Below are positions 28,377 to 38,694 of a stretch of 64,000 bases of DNA, piece by piece. The stretch lies in NCBI GenBank assembly GCA_050692555.1, contig JBOGVS010000002.1, positions 50,651 through 114,650 of the forward strand, read 5' to 3'. This DNA comes from Actinomycetota bacterium (GTDB lineage: Bacteria; Actinomycetota; UBA4738; CALAEC01). The notes under the pieces are model-generated. The model worked only from the letters and a program-made list of their open reading frames with translations. It was not told the origin of the DNA and ran no database searches. Within the stretch, counting starts at the first letter, position 1; each line of letters opens with the position of its first letter. Position numbers and translations under genes: made by a program.

Positions 28377-28955
28377 TTACCGGTCGCCGCGGATGAGGCC
28401 CATGGCCTCGGCGCGGGTCCGGGCGTCGGTCTTGAACACCCCGCGAACCGCGGAGGTCACGGTGGTGGAGCCGGGCTTCTTCACTCCGCGCATCGACATG
28501 CACAGGTGCTCTGCCTCGATCACCACGAACACCCCTCGGGGCTTCAGCGTGCGTTCCAAGACCTCCGCGATCTCGGTGGTCAGCCGCTCCTGGACCTGCG
28601 GACGCTTGGCCAGCACGTCCACCAGCCGGGCCAGCTTCGACAGGCCGGTGATCCGCCCGTCCTCACCGGGGACGTAGCCAACGTGGGCCTTCCCGACCCA
28701 GGGAATGAGGTGGTGCTCACAGATCGAGTACAGGGTGATGTCCCGGACCATGATCATCTCGTCGTGGCCCACGTCGAACACCGTGTCCACCACGGCGTCG
28801 GGTTCCTGGTGGAGGCCGGCGAACACCTCCAGGTACATCTCGGCGACCCGCCGGGGAGTGTCCTTCAGGCCGTCACGGCCGGGGTCCTCGCCGATCCCCT
28901 CGAGGATGAGCCGCACGCCCTCCTCGACCTTCTGGGAATCGAAAGAGTCAGCCAA
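28377..28955 (-). CDS. folE: GTP cyclohydrolase I
   Basis: [13 protein letters not shown]...[30 protein letters not shown]...[10 protein letters not shown]...PQVQERLT. Confidence 0.95.
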   Translation of the reverse strand: MADSFDSQKVEEGVRLILEGIGEDPGRDGLKDTPRRVAEMYLEVFAGLHQEPDAVVDTVFDVGHDEMIMVRDITLYSICEHHLIPWVGKAHVGYVPGEDGRITGLSKLARLVDVLAKRPQVQERLTTEIAEVLERTLKPRGVFVVIEAEHLCMSMRGVKKPGSTTVTSAVRGVFKTDARTRAEAMGLIRGDR

Positions 28956-30903
28956 GGGAGCTGCCGGGGCCGTCCTTGTCGTGGTGGACGCTCCGGCGGG
29001 CCACGGCGATCCCGGTGCCCTCGCGATGACCGTTTCGCGGCGCTCGCTTCCCCAGGCCCTCGAGCAGCTTGACCAGGTCGTCCTTCTCGATGGTCTCCCG
29101 CTCGATCAGCGCCGCGGCGATCTCGTCGAGCTTCGACCGCTCCGTCTGGAGGATCTCCAGGGCCTCGTCGTGGGCCTCGTCGATCAGTCTGCGAACCTCG
29201 GAGTCGATCTCGAACGCCACCTGGTCGGAGTAGTCCGGCTGGGTGGCGAAGTCCCGGCCCAGGAACACCTCGCCCTGACGCTGCCCCAGGGTGAGCGGCC
29301 CGAGCTGATCCGACATCCCGTATTCGGTGACCATGCCCCGGGCGATCTTGGTGGCCCGCTCCAGATCGTTTTGGGCACCGGTGGTGACATCCCCGATGAC
29401 CATCTCCTCCGCCACCCGGCCACCGAGCAGCATGGCCAGCTCGTCGATCATCTCTGACCGGGTTACCAGGAACTTGTCCTCGGTGGGAAGCGTCTGGGTG
29501 TACCCCAGCGCGCGCCCTCTGGGGATGATCGAGATCTTGTGCACCGGGTCGGAGTTGGGCAGCACGTGAGCCACCAGCGCGTGGCCGCCCTCGTGGTACG
29601 CGATGATCCGCTTCTCCCGCTCGGAGATCAGCCGGGTCTTGCGCTCGGGCCCGGCCATCACCCGGTCGATGGCCTCCTCGAGCTCGTACATGCTGATCGC
29701 CGACTTGCTACGCCGCGCGGTGAGCAACGCGGCCTCGTTGAGCACGTTGGCCAGGTCGGCGCCGGTGAACCCCGGGGTGCGACGAGCCACCACGTCCACA
29801 TCCACTTCCGTGTCGAGCGGCTTGCCCTTGCCGTGGACCTTGAGGATCCCCCGACGGCCCTCCAGGTCCGGCCGGTCGATCACCACCTGCCGGTCGAACC
29901 GTCCGGGGCGAAGGAGCGCGGGGTCCAGGATGTCGGGGCGGTTCGTCGCGGCCATCAGGATCACCGCGGTGCGGGTGTCGAACCCGTCCATCTCCACAAG
30001 GAGCTGGTTGAGGGTCTGCTCCCGCTCGTCGTGGCCACCACCCAGTCCCGCGCCTCGGTGCCTGCCCACCGCGTCGATCTCGTCGATGAACACGATGGCC
30101 GGAGCGTTGGTCTTGGCTTGCTCGAACAGGTCGCGGACCCGAGCCGCCCCCACGCCCACGAACATCTCCACGAAGTCGGATCCGGAGATCGAGAAGAACG
30201 GGACGCCGGCCTCTCCGGCCACCGCCCGAGCCAGTAGGGTCTTGCCGGTCCCCGGTGGCCCGTACAGCAGCACTCCCCTGGGTATCTTGGCTCCCATGGC
30301 CTGGAACTTCACCGGGTTCTCCAGGTACTCCTTGACCTCCCGGAGCTCCTCGACGGCCTCGTCGACGCCGGCGACGTCGTCGAACGTGGTCTTGGGCTGG
30401 TCCTTGGTGACCTGGCGAGCCTTGGACTTGCCGAACTGGAGCACCCGGTTCCCGCCGCCCTGGCCCTGATTGAAGATGAACAGGAAGATCCCGAACAGCA
30501 GGATGAACGGCAGGATGTTGATCAGGACGTTGACGATGGTGGAGCCCTTCTGCGGGTCGGCTTGTACGTCGACCCCGGCGTCCTTCAGGTTGGTGACCAG
30601 CTCGTCCTGATACTCGAGGGGGTACTCGGCCCGGAACGGACGGTTGCCGGCGAGCTCCCCCTGGACCACTTGCTCGCGTTCCAGGAACACGGCGGACTCC
30701 ACCTTCCCCTCCGAGGCCAGCGATTCGAGCTCGGTGAAGGTGATCTTGTCCGCAGCCGGGCCCCGGCTGCTGAAGTTGACGAACAACCACAGAGCCCCAA
30801 GCACCACCAGGAGGTAGAGGAGCGGACCACGAAGGAGCCGACGGATGTTCAACTCGTTGCGCTTCGTGGGGGCTCCCTTCCGGCGGGGACCGCGACCGAC
30901 CAA
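28948..30903 (-). CDS. ftsH: ATP-dependent zinc metalloprotease FtsH
   Basis: Two N-terminal TMs, an AAA module ([18 protein letters not shown]), the SRH and HEGGHA zinc motif. Confidence 0.95.
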   Translation of the reverse strand: MVGRGPRRKGAPTKRNELNIRRLLRGPLLYLLVVLGALWLFVNFSSRGPAADKITFTELESLASEGKVESAVFLEREQVVQGELAGNRPFRAEYPLEYQDELVTNLKDAGVDVQADPQKGSTIVNVLINILPFILLFGIFLFIFNQGQGGGNRVLQFGKSKARQVTKDQPKTTFDDVAGVDEAVEELREVKEYLENPVKFQAMGAKIPRGVLLYGPPGTGKTLLARAVAGEAGVPFFSISGSDFVEMFVGVGAARVRDLFEQAKTNAPAIVFIDEIDAVGRHRGAGLGGGHDEREQTLNQLLVEMDGFDTRTAVILMAATNRPDILDPALLRPGRFDRQVVIDRPDLEGRRGILKVHGKGKPLDTEVDVDVVARRTPGFTGADLANVLNEAALLTARRSKSAISMYELEEAIDRVMAGPERKTRLISEREKRIIAYHEGGHALVAHVLPNSDPVHKISIIPRGRALGYTQTLPTEDKFLVTRSEMIDELAMLLGGRVAEEMVIGDVTTGAQNDLERATKIARGMVTEYGMSDQLGPLTLGQRQGEVFLGRDFATQPDYSDQVAFEIDSEVRRLIDEAHDEALEILQTERSKLDEIAAALIERETIEKDDLVKLLEGLGKRAPRNGHREGTGIAVARRSVHHDKDGPGSSLG

Positions 30904-30990
30904 AGCGATGGTAGCACAGGGCCTTGAGAACGGACCCCACGGCCGGACGAAGACGAACTATCGGCCACGCGCGCTTCCCGTCGCGCGCGG

Positions 30991-31380
30991 CTAGCCGGTT
31001 TCCGGAGTCCGGATCCCGGTGTCCAGGACCACGTCGACCTGGACGTAGACGCCGGGCTCGACCGTGACGGCTGTGGGACGGCCGGCCCGTGCCCCGGTGC
31101 CGGCGGGCTCGGCGATCAGCACGTAGTCGCCGGGCTCGAGGTCGACCACGAACGTCCCGTCTGCCTCGGTCTCGACGGTCTCGACCGTCTCACCGTTCGA
31201 CTCCACTCGTACGGTGGCCTGGACGGGCTCTGGAGGGCACGGGGAGGTCACGGTCTCCACGGGACAGGTGGGAGCCAGGACCACCCGGCCGCGGACGCCG
31301 GATCCGCCGGCTCCAGGAGCGGCCTCGGCGCAAGCCACCAGAACAACGGCGGCGGCCACCATGAGCGATGCACGTTTCAT
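30991..31380 (-). CDS. Secreted protein with a carboxypeptidase-regulatory-like / transthyretin-like beta-sandwich domain
   Basis: Signal peptide MKRASLMVAAAVVLVACA, then GRVV...DGTFVVDLEPGDYVLIAEPAG, typical of CarbopepD_reg-like domains. Confidence 0.45.
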   Translation of the reverse strand: MKRASLMVAAAVVLVACAEAAPGAGGSGVRGRVVLAPTCPVETVTSPCPPEPVQATVRVESNGETVETVETEADGTFVVDLEPGDYVLIAEPAGTGARAGRPTAVTVEPGVYVQVDVVLDTGIRTPETG

Positions 31381-31432
31381 ATTTCGTTGGACCCTCGGAG
31401 CGGAGCGGAAGGTTCCCGTCGGAGGCCCGGTC

Positions 31433-32050
31433 TCAGCCGGCCAGGTCCTCGTACGCCTCGGGCTTCAGGGTCGCAACGTAGGGGAGGTTGCGGTACTTCT
31501 CGGCGAAGTCGAGGCCGTACCCGACCACGAACACCGGAGGAATCTCGAACCCCTTGTACTTGATGTCCAGGTTCACCCGCTGGACCTCCGGCTTCTGCAT
31601 CAGCGCGAAGACCTCAAGCGTTGCCGGACGCCGGGCCCGGAGGTTCTTGAGCAGGTAGGCCAGGGTCAGGCCGGAGTCCACGATGTCCTCCACCAGCAGC
31701 ACGTTGCGGCCCTCGATGTCGTGGTCGAGGTCCTTGAGGATCCGGACCACGCCCGAGGTCTTGGTGGCGGCGCCGTACGAGGACACCGCCATGAAGTCGA
31801 AATGCAGGGGGAGCCGGATGTGCCGGGACAGGTCGGCCATCACCACGAACGCGCCCTTGAGGACGCCGACCAACAGCAGGTCCTGGCCGCGATAGTCCTG
31901 GGTGATGCGGTCGGCGAGAGATCGGATCTTGGCCTGGATCTCCTCGCCGGAGATCAGGATGCGATCGATGTCGCCCTCGAACTCCGCCACGTGGCTGAGC
32001 AGTGTATCGGCCGGCTTCTCGTCCTGTAGGTGCTCCACCCTTGTGCTCAC
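31433..32050 (-). CDS. hpt: Hypoxanthine-guanine phosphoribosyltransferase
   Basis: PRPP-binding motif VLLVEDIVDSGLTL. The GTG start is VSTRVEHL, overlapping the tilS stop. Confidence 0.85.
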   Translation of the reverse strand: MSTRVEHLQDEKPADTLLSHVAEFEGDIDRILISGEEIQAKIRSLADRITQDYRGQDLLLVGVLKGAFVVMADLSRHIRLPLHFDFMAVSSYGAATKTSGVVRILKDLDHDIEGRNVLLVEDIVDSGLTLAYLLKNLRARRPATLEVFALMQKPEVQRVNLDIKYKGFEIPPVFVVGYGLDFAEKYRNLPYVATLKPEAYEDLAG

Positions 32051-33096
32051 CGCTCCCCCTCTCGGGCCCGTGGGGAAGGACGAGAGATTCGAACATACCG
32101 CTTGGCCCGTTCCGCCATCAACTCTCCGGGCAGGTCGACCCGGCGCCCGGGACGGGCCGACGACAGTTCCAGGACCGCGGCGATGTGCGCCGCACCGGCC
32201 TCCTCCCATCCCCCACCCATGGCGGATGCCAGGCGGAGCGCCTGGCGGATCACCCGGGCGGCGATGGGCCGGGGAAGGGCCGCCAGCGCGGCGGCGTCCA
32301 GGCGAACCTCCTCGTCGAGCACGGTGGTGATCCGGCCGGCGGCGTCGGAGGCCACCGCCTCCAGGTAGGCGGCGTCGGACCGGACGTGCTCGGCGGTCCG
32401 GGCCAGCGTGGCTCGGAGGTTCCGGTCCAGGCGTTCCTCGAGGAACGGCAGGACGTCACCACGGACCCGGTTCCGGAGGAACCGCGGATCCAGGTTCGAG
32501 GGATCCTGGCGCGGCCGGAGGCGCAGCGCCCGGCAGAAGGCCACGATCTCCTGGCGGGTCACAGACAGGAGCGGCCGCACCGCCGTGAGCCCCAGTGGAG
32601 GGACCGAGGCCACCGGGGCGATCCCCGCCACCGCCTCCAGGCCGCCGCCCCGGGCCAGGCCCAGCAACACGGTCTCGGCCTGGTCGTCGAGCGTGTGACC
32701 GAGGGCGGCCCGGTCGGCTCCGGCCTCGGCGGCCACCTCGGTGAGCGCCGCGTACCGGGCCAGGCGGGCCCACGCTTCGACGGATTGACCGGCCCGCGGC
32801 CGGTCGATCGCCTCGCGCAGGAGGAACGGAAGGCCCAGTCGGTCGGCCTGTCGCCGAACGTACGCGGCGTCAGCCTCGGACCCGGCTCGGAGTCGATGGT
32901 CGAAGTGGAACACCGCCAGCCGGATCCGGAACAGCCGCCGGAGCAGGACCAGCGCGTGGAGCAGACACAGGGAGTCGGGCCCACCCGAGCATGCCACCAT
33001 GACGGTCTGTCGGGCCTCGAACATGCGGTGCTTCCTGGCGGTGGCGGTGACCCGCTCCAGCACGCGGGCGACCGGCGGCGGGCGCCGACCGGCCAT
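32047..33096 (-). CDS. tilS: tRNA(Ile)-lysidine synthetase
   Basis: PP-loop VMVACSGGPDSLCLLHAL with the TilS substrate-binding C-terminus. The start was chosen at MAGRRP, inside the track ORF. Confidence 0.8.
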   Translation of the reverse strand: MAGRRPPPVARVLERVTATARKHRMFEARQTVMVACSGGPDSLCLLHALVLLRRLFRIRLAVFHFDHRLRAGSEADAAYVRRQADRLGLPFLLREAIDRPRAGQSVEAWARLARYAALTEVAAEAGADRAALGHTLDDQAETVLLGLARGGGLEAVAGIAPVASVPPLGLTAVRPLLSVTRQEIVAFCRALRLRPRQDPSNLDPRFLRNRVRGDVLPFLEERLDRNLRATLARTAEHVRSDAAYLEAVASDAAGRITTVLDEEVRLDAAALAALPRPIAARVIRQALRLASAMGGGWEEAGAAHIAAVLELSSARPGRRVDLPGELMAERAKRYVRISRPSPRAREGER

Positions 33097-34154
33097 CAGG
33101 TCCGGGCGAGGCGCTCCACCCAGTCGTCGGGCCGGGCGATCTCGGCGAGGGTGGGGAGGTTCTCGGGGCGGTCCCACACCCGGAAGAACCCTTCCGGACG
33201 GGCCAGGTTGACCACCTCGGCCACGAACCGCTCCCCCAGGTCGTACTGGCGAACCTTCACGTCCAGCCCCACCGCTCGCTGAACCATCTTGTTGAAGCCC
33301 TGCCGGGTGCGGCGGCGATGGAGCACCGTGCGCATGCGAGAGGCCTCCCGAACTCGGCCCTCAGACAGCGTGTCCATCACGTAGTTGCCGTGCCCCTCGA
33401 GCAGGGACATCACGGCCTGCATCCGGCGGAACTTCTCTCGCTGCTCGGGGCTCATCAGCGCGAAGATCCATCCCATGTCCCGCCACGAGCTCGATCCCCG
33501 GCCCAGCTCCTCCCGGGCCCGGCGGAGCCGCTCGATGAGCTTGCGGGTGTCCAGCTCCAGCGTGGACAGGTAGCCCTTCACCAGCTGGTCGAGGTACGGA
33601 CGAAGCCAGGGGACCCCTTCGAACTGAACCCGGTGGGTGACCTCGTGGAGCGCGATCCACAGCCGGAAGTCCCGGCGAGGGAAGGCGTGCTGCTTCTCGA
33701 GCTCGGCGATGTTGGCTCCGACGAAGTAAAGGAGGTCCCGGTCGTCGGGGGGGAGGAACAGGTCGTACTGGCCCAGGACCTTGCGGGCCAGGTACCCCAT
33801 GATCCCTCCGATCTGTGCCGCCAGGACCTTGCGACGGACCGGGGCCATGGCGCCCTCGAGGCGTCGGCCCAGGACCCGTTGGGCCACCGGCTCCAGGAGC
33901 TGCTCGAAGCCGCGAAGGTTCTGCTCGATCCACTCGGACCGTGTCATGACCCAGGGGCGTGACGGCGGTCCCTGGACCTGGAGGCCGGTGAGCCCCGTGA
34001 CCAAATCGTCGGCTTCGGCGACGACGTCGGCCATCTCCTCGTCCAGGAGGGCGCGGTCGGTGCCCCCGAGTGGCGTGGCAGCTCCGGCGATCCCCCTGCC
34101 GATCCGGGCCGCGCTCTCCCAGTCGACCAGCCTGGCCGCAGCGGTCCCGTCCAC
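33096..34154 (-). CDS. Zinc-dependent metalloprotease, DUF2342/zincin-like (HEXXH)
   Basis: WIALHEVTHRVQFEGVPWL is a HEXXH zinc-binding motif. The family is commonly found upstream of tilS in Actinobacteria. Confidence 0.75.
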   Translation of the reverse strand: MDGTAAARLVDWESAARIGRGIAGAATPLGGTDRALLDEEMADVVAEADDLVTGLTGLQVQGPPSRPWVMTRSEWIEQNLRGFEQLLEPVAQRVLGRRLEGAMAPVRRKVLAAQIGGIMGYLARKVLGQYDLFLPPDDRDLLYFVGANIAELEKQHAFPRRDFRLWIALHEVTHRVQFEGVPWLRPYLDQLVKGYLSTLELDTRKLIERLRRAREELGRGSSSWRDMGWIFALMSPEQREKFRRMQAVMSLLEGHGNYVMDTLSEGRVREASRMRTVLHRRRTRQGFNKMVQRAVGLDVKVRQYDLGERFVAEVVNLARPEGFFRVWDRPENLPTLAEIARPDDWVERLART

Positions 34155-35242
34155 TAGCCGGCGTCGGCCTTCTCACGAGCGGCCTTGATCGCGGCGGCCC
34201 GCGCGCGACTCTCGGCGATGGGTCGGGCCATCCCCGCGTCGAGCTGCTCTTGGAGGACCCGCTCGAACGTCTCGCGATCGAGATCTCCGGCCGGAGCAGA
34301 GGGCTTGGGAGGCTCCTCTTCCTTCTTCTCCGCCGGAGCCGGGGCCTCGACCTTCGTCGGAGGCTCCTCGGCCGTCTCGGCCTCCACCTTCGGGGACGGC
34401 TCCTCGACCACCTCGGGCTCCTTGGCCCCTGCGGCCTCCTGCTTGGCCTCGGTCTCCGCGGCTGCTTCCTCCTTCTTCTCTTCCTCTTTCTCGGCCTCCG
34501 GGGCAGGCTCCGCCGGCTTGGCCGGCTCGGGTGGGGCGGCGGGGGCGGTCTCCGCTGCGGGCGCGGGTTCCGCGGCCCCGGACGCCTTGGCCCGGGCCGC
34601 ACGGACGGCCGCGGCCTTGGCCCGTCCCTCCGCCACCCTTCGGTCGACCCCCTTGTCCAGCTGGGTCTTCAGCTCTCGCTCGTAGACTTCCTGGTCCGGC
34701 TCCACGTGCGCCGGGGCGGCGCGAGCCGGAGCTGCAGGCTTCGGCTCCTCCTTGGGGGGCGCCTCCGTCTGGGCCGCTTCCGCGGCGGTCCCGGTCTTGG
34801 CCTCGGCCGGCACGGCTTCCGCGGGAGCCTTACCACCCTCGGCCTCCGTGGGAGCCGGGACCTGCTCGGCCGCGGTCTTCACCTCGGCTGCCGGCGGCGC
34901 CGGCGGTGTGGTCGAGGCCGCGGCGACCTGCTCGACGCGGGGAGCGGCGATGGCGGCCGCTGCGAACTGCGGCTGCCGTCGTCGCTGGGGGACCTTCGGT
35001 GGCTCCTCCCGGCCGAAGAACCGCGACGACAGGCGAACGTAGGCGACCCCGAGGAACAGAACGAGCCCCACAGCGCCGAGCGCGATGGGGAACGCCATCC
35101 AGTACGTCCACTCCCTGACCGGCTCGGGTGTCTCCCCCGGGATGGGGGTCTGCTGCGCGGAAGCCGTCAGCGGAACCAGAACGAGCAGCACGACACCGAT
35201 GGCAACGAGCAGCAGCTTCAGACGTGAGCGGGGAGCCAGCAT
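34154..35242 (-). CDS. Membrane protein with a long Ala/Pro/Glu-rich low-complexity region and an internal repeat
   Basis: Signal peptide plus a second TM. There is an internal repeat, VYERELKTQLDKGVDRRVAEGRAKAAAVRAARAKA versus TFERVLQEQLDAGMARPIAESRARAAAIKAAREKA, separated by A/P/E-rich linkers. Confidence 0.55.
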   Translation of the reverse strand: MLAPRSRLKLLLVAIGVVLLVLVPLTASAQQTPIPGETPEPVREWTYWMAFPIALGAVGLVLFLGVAYVRLSSRFFGREEPPKVPQRRRQPQFAAAAIAAPRVEQVAAASTTPPAPPAAEVKTAAEQVPAPTEAEGGKAPAEAVPAEAKTGTAAEAAQTEAPPKEEPKPAAPARAAPAHVEPDQEVYERELKTQLDKGVDRRVAEGRAKAAAVRAARAKASGAAEPAPAAETAPAAPPEPAKPAEPAPEAEKEEEKKEEAAAETEAKQEAAGAKEPEVVEEPSPKVEAETAEEPPTKVEAPAPAEKKEEEPPKPSAPAGDLDRETFERVLQEQLDAGMARPIAESRARAAAIKAAREKADAG

Positions 35243-35307
35243 GGCGGCCGGGATTCTAGCAAATCGTCCCTCACACTCATCCTAGGCCGATTCCGCGCCG
35301 AGTTACC

Positions 35308-36060
35308 ATGGCACTGATGCTCGTGCGAACAACGATCATCGTGGCGCTGCTGGCGACCGCGTGCAGTACCAGTCAGTCGGCTCCGCCTCCCGTAAAGGCC
35401 GTTCCCTCCGTGGCCGAGCCCTCGCCGGTTCCCTCCCCGGAGCCGGAGCCGGAGCCCGAGCCGGAGAGAAGCCTGATCGCCGAGGCCACGGTGCCGACGG
35501 TCCGGGTGTTCCGGGACCCGGAGGACCGGAAGCCGTTCACCACCTTCGAGAACCCCGGGCCGTGGGAGATCCCCAGGGTGTTCTTGGTCCGGCAGGTCCG
35601 CGACGACTGGCTGCGCACCTACCTGCCGATGCGTCCCAACGAGGCCAGCGGCTGGATCGAGTCCAAGGACGTGAAGCTGCTGGAGACCACGTACCGGCTG
35701 CTCGTCGACCTCTCCAGCAACCGGCTGACGGTGTTTCATCGGGACTCGGCGGTGATGCGGGAGCCGGTGGCCGTGGGAACAGGGGGAACCCCCACGCCAA
35801 CCGGAAGCTTCTACATCACGATGCTGGTCCGCCCCACGAACCAGGCCGCCTACGGGCCGTACGCCTTCGGCCTGTCCGCGTACTCCGAGGTGCTGTTCAC
35901 CTTCGCGGGGGGGGATGGCCAGGTGGGGATCCACGGGACCGCCGACACGGCCTCCATCGGCCGGGACGTGAGCCACGGATGCATCCGGGTCCGCAACGAC
36001 GCCATCACCCGGATGGCCAACCTGCTCCCCCTGGGCACCCCGGTGGAGATCAGGAGGTAG
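35308..36060 (+). CDS. L,D-transpeptidase (YkuD domain) lipoprotein
   Basis: Lipobox LLATAC; catalytic HGCIRV motif with a preceding beta-sandwich domain. Confidence 0.85.
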   Translation: MALMLVRTTIIVALLATACSTSQSAPPPVKAVPSVAEPSPVPSPEPEPEPEPERSLIAEATVPTVRVFRDPEDRKPFTTFENPGPWEIPRVFLVRQVRDDWLRTYLPMRPNEASGWIESKDVKLLETTYRLLVDLSSNRLTVFHRDSAVMREPVAVGTGGTPTPTGSFYITMLVRPTNQAAYGPYAFGLSAYSEVLFTFAGGDGQVGIHGTADTASIGRDVSHGCIRVRNDAITRMANLLPLGTPVEIRR

Positions 36061-36124
36061 CAAGCGCCTCAGGCCTGCCCGCTCATTTCTGACCCCGATG
36101 TGCCGATACTCCCTCAAGACGGAC

Positions 36125-37342
36125 ATGCGAAAACCCTCCCGGCCCGCAGCTCTCGTTTCCTTTCTTCTCTGTGTCCTGTTCCTGGGTGGCCAGGCGGCCG
36201 CCCGGCCATCCGCCCAGAAGGCCCAGGCCCCCGTGGCCGGGAAGATCGCCATGAGCTCAGGCCGGACCGGAGATCCCGAAATCTTCCTGATGGAGCACGA
36301 CGGCTCGGGCCTCCACCGGCTCACGTATCAGGCAGGGATCGACTCTCAGCCCGCGTGGTCGCCCGACGGCTCCCGTCTGGCGTTCACCAGCACCCGGGAC
36401 GGGAACAGTGAGATCTACGTCGTCGGCGTGGATGGCTCCGGACTGGCAAACCTGACCAACCATCCCGGTGAGGACTTCGGTCCGGCGTGGTCTCCGGACG
36501 GCTCCCAGATCGCGTTCCGGTCGCTGCGGGACGGGAACGGCGAGATCTACGTGATGGGCGCGGGCGGCTCCAACCCCACCAACCTCACGAACGACCCCGC
36601 CGCCGACTTCGAGCCGGCCTGGTCGCCCGACGGCACCGAGATCGCCTTCACCTCGTTCCGGGACGGCAACGGGGAGATCTACGTGATGGACTCGGACGGG
36701 TCCTTTCCCGATAACCTCACCCAGGACCCCGCCCAGGACGCCGAGCCCTTCTGGTCTCCGGACGGTGACAGGATCGCGTTCGAGTCCTCGCGGAACTTCA
36801 ACCTGGACATCTATTCAATGGACTGGGACGGCTCTGGTCAGACCAGGCTGACCACGGATCCGGCCGATGACTACGACCCGTCCTGGTCCCCGGACGGAGG
36901 CAAGATCGCCTTCGAGTCCTATCGTGACGCGAACAGCGAGATCTACGTGATGGGTCCCGACGGATCGGGCCAGACGAACATCACCCGGTCGCCTACGGGG
37001 GAGTTCGACCCCGCCTGGCAGCCGATGTCGCCCATGCCGACCGTCACCGGCGTCAAGGTGCGGGAGGGGAAGCCGGCCAAGTTCACGATCCGGCTCCCCG
37101 AACCGCCGGCCACCGCGACGACGCTCAAGTACCAGACCAGGAAGGGCTCCGCGAAGCCAGGGAAGGACTTCGTCTCGGCCAAGGGAACGCTGACCTTCGC
37201 CCCAGGGCAGACCACCGCCGTGGTCAAGGTCAAGACCAAGAAGGACAGCCGCCGGGAGAAGCGCGAGAGGTTCTTCCTGGAGGTTTCGGTGCTCGGAGCC
37301 CCCGGAATGACGGCCAGGGCCACCCTCAAGGACAGCGACTAG
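36125..37342 (+). CDS. Secreted TolB-like beta-propeller protein (six PD40/WD40-like repeats) with a C-terminal Calx-beta domain
   Basis: A repeat unit of the form PAWSPDGSRLAFTSTRDGNSEIYVVGVDGSG occurs 6-7 times. The C-terminal PAKFTIRLPEPPATATTLKYQTRKGSAKPGKDFVSAKGTLTFAPGQTTAVVKV is Calx-beta-like. Confidence 0.75.
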   Translation: MRKPSRPAALVSFLLCVLFLGGQAAARPSAQKAQAPVAGKIAMSSGRTGDPEIFLMEHDGSGLHRLTYQAGIDSQPAWSPDGSRLAFTSTRDGNSEIYVVGVDGSGLANLTNHPGEDFGPAWSPDGSQIAFRSLRDGNGEIYVMGAGGSNPTNLTNDPAADFEPAWSPDGTEIAFTSFRDGNGEIYVMDSDGSFPDNLTQDPAQDAEPFWSPDGDRIAFESSRNFNLDIYSMDWDGSGQTRLTTDPADDYDPSWSPDGGKIAFESYRDANSEIYVMGPDGSGQTNITRSPTGEFDPAWQPMSPMPTVTGVKVREGKPAKFTIRLPEPPATATTLKYQTRKGSAKPGKDFVSAKGTLTFAPGQTTAVVKVKTKKDSRREKRERFFLEVSVLGAPGMTARATLKDSD

Positions 37343-37456
37343 CAGCTGAGGTTTCGGGCCGATCTGAACAGCCAGGTGCGAAGCTCCGGGATTGTGTGGT
37401 CGGGATCATGACCATGTGGACGGAATCCCGACCAGTCTCGCGGAGAGCCCAGTTGA

Positions 37457-37529
37457 GCCGGAGGCGGGAATCGAACCCGCGACCCCGCGATTACGAATCG
37501 CGTGCTCTGCCAGGCTGAGCTACTCCGGC
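37457..37529 (-). tRNA. tRNA-Thr (anticodon CGU)
   Basis: The minus-strand sequence GCCGGAGTAGCTCAGCCTGGCAGAGCACGCGATTCGTAATCGCGGGGTCGCGGGTTCGATTCCCGCCTCCGGCT folds as a cloverleaf with a 7-bp acceptor stem, a D-arm, the anticodon loop TTCGTAA and a T-arm GTTCGATTC. CCA is not encoded. Confidence 0.85.
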
Positions 37530-37551
37530 GAACACACTCAAGCGTAGCGTG

Positions 37552-38694
37552 CTAGGACCCTGCCGTCACCGGCACCAGTGACAGAAGAGCGTCCTCCAGG
37601 ATCAGCCGGGCGTTGAGGTTGGTCTCGTCGGCCAGCGCGGCGCGGGCTTCCTCCAGGTCGGCGATGGCCTTGGCGGCCTCCGGCGCCGGAACGTCGGGCA
37701 GGCTCGCCACGCGGTCCAGGTTGATGGCCCACGACTCCGTTCCCCCCGCCCGCACCAGCAGGGCGTCTCGGAACCACGCTTGGAGAGCCAGCAACGCGGC
37801 GTCGAGGAACTCCCGCTCGGCTCGCCGCTCCTGGCGATGGTGCCGGGCCTGGAGCCGCCGGACCGCCGCGCGGTACTGGTCGACGGGGCGACCGGTCTCC
37901 GGATCCAGGAACGGCTCGAGATCGCCTTCGAGCCGCTTCGCCAGACGGTCCCGGTATCCCGCCGCCCCCTCGGTGAGCCCCTCCACCGCGCGGAGGGCGC
38001 CGGCCTCTCCGGCGGCCACCTCGGTCAGCGCGTGGAGGGCCGCGTCCCGGAACGCCAGACCTTCGGGGTCCGTGGCCACCCGTCGGGCCCGGCCCAGGTT
38101 CCCACCGGCCAGCCGAGCTGCGAGCCGGGCCCGGGGCTCCTCCACGCCCTCGCCCAGCAGGGTCTCCACGACGAACGCCTCGGACAGAGGCCGGAACGTC
38201 ACCGTGTGGCACCGCGACACGATGGTCTCCGGGATCTCGTGCGGCCGCGCCGACGAGAGAAGGAACACCGTGTCGGCGGGCGGTTCCTCAAGGGCCTTCA
38301 GCAGGACGTCGGCGGCCTCCTCGGTCATCCGATCGGCCTGCTCGACGCGGAAGATCTTCCGGCGGGGCTCGGGCGCGGTGAGGTAAGCCCGGGCCACCAG
38401 CCACCTCGCGGTGCCGTCCTCGTCGGGGCCCTCTCCCACCCGGATGTCCCGCCCCTCCGGCTCCACCAGCACCAGGTTGGGATGGCGGTCGCCGAGGGCC
38501 AGGCGGCAGTCCCGGCATTCCCCGCACCCCTCTCGTTCGCACACCAGCGCCGCGGTGAATGCACGAGCGGCGAGCTGCTTCCCCGAGCCCTCCGGACCGG
38601 CGAACAGGTACGCGTGATGGGGCCGCGCCGCCGCCCGCTCGAGGAACGCCACGGCATCCGGCTGGCCGGGGACCCCACGCAGGACCGCGCTCAC
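37552..38694 (-). CDS. holB: DNA polymerase III subunit delta' (HolB)
   Basis: HAYLFAGPEGSGKQLAARAF...CGECRDCRLALGDRHPNL...VLLKALEEPPADTVFLL is clamp-loader AAA+. The GTG start overlaps the tmk stop as GTGA. Confidence 0.8.
   Translation of the reverse strand: MSAVLRGVPGQPDAVAFLERAAARPHHAYLFAGPEGSGKQLAARAFTAALVCEREGCGECRDCRLALGDRHPNLVLVEPEGRDIRVGEGPDEDGTARWLVARAYLTAPEPRRKIFRVEQADRMTEEAADVLLKALEEPPADTVFLLSSARPHEIPETIVSRCHTVTFRPLSEAFVVETLLGEGVEEPRARLAARLAGGNLGRARRVATDPEGLAFRDAALHALTEVAAGEAGALRAVEGLTEGAAGYRDRLAKRLEGDLEPFLDPETGRPVDQYRAAVRRLQARHHRQERRAEREFLDAALLALQAWFRDALLVRAGGTESWAINLDRVASLPDVPAPEAAKAIADLEEARAALADETNLNARLILEDALLSLVPVTAGS

Noticed and set aside
33361-34602. 413-aa minus-strand ORF rich in Arg/Pro (RPRRWRPRRPRSLRRR...)
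   Set aside because: Out-of-frame overlap with the zincin metalloprotease and the Ala/Pro-rich membrane protein. The composition is purely repetitive RP/RR, so it is not credible as a protein.
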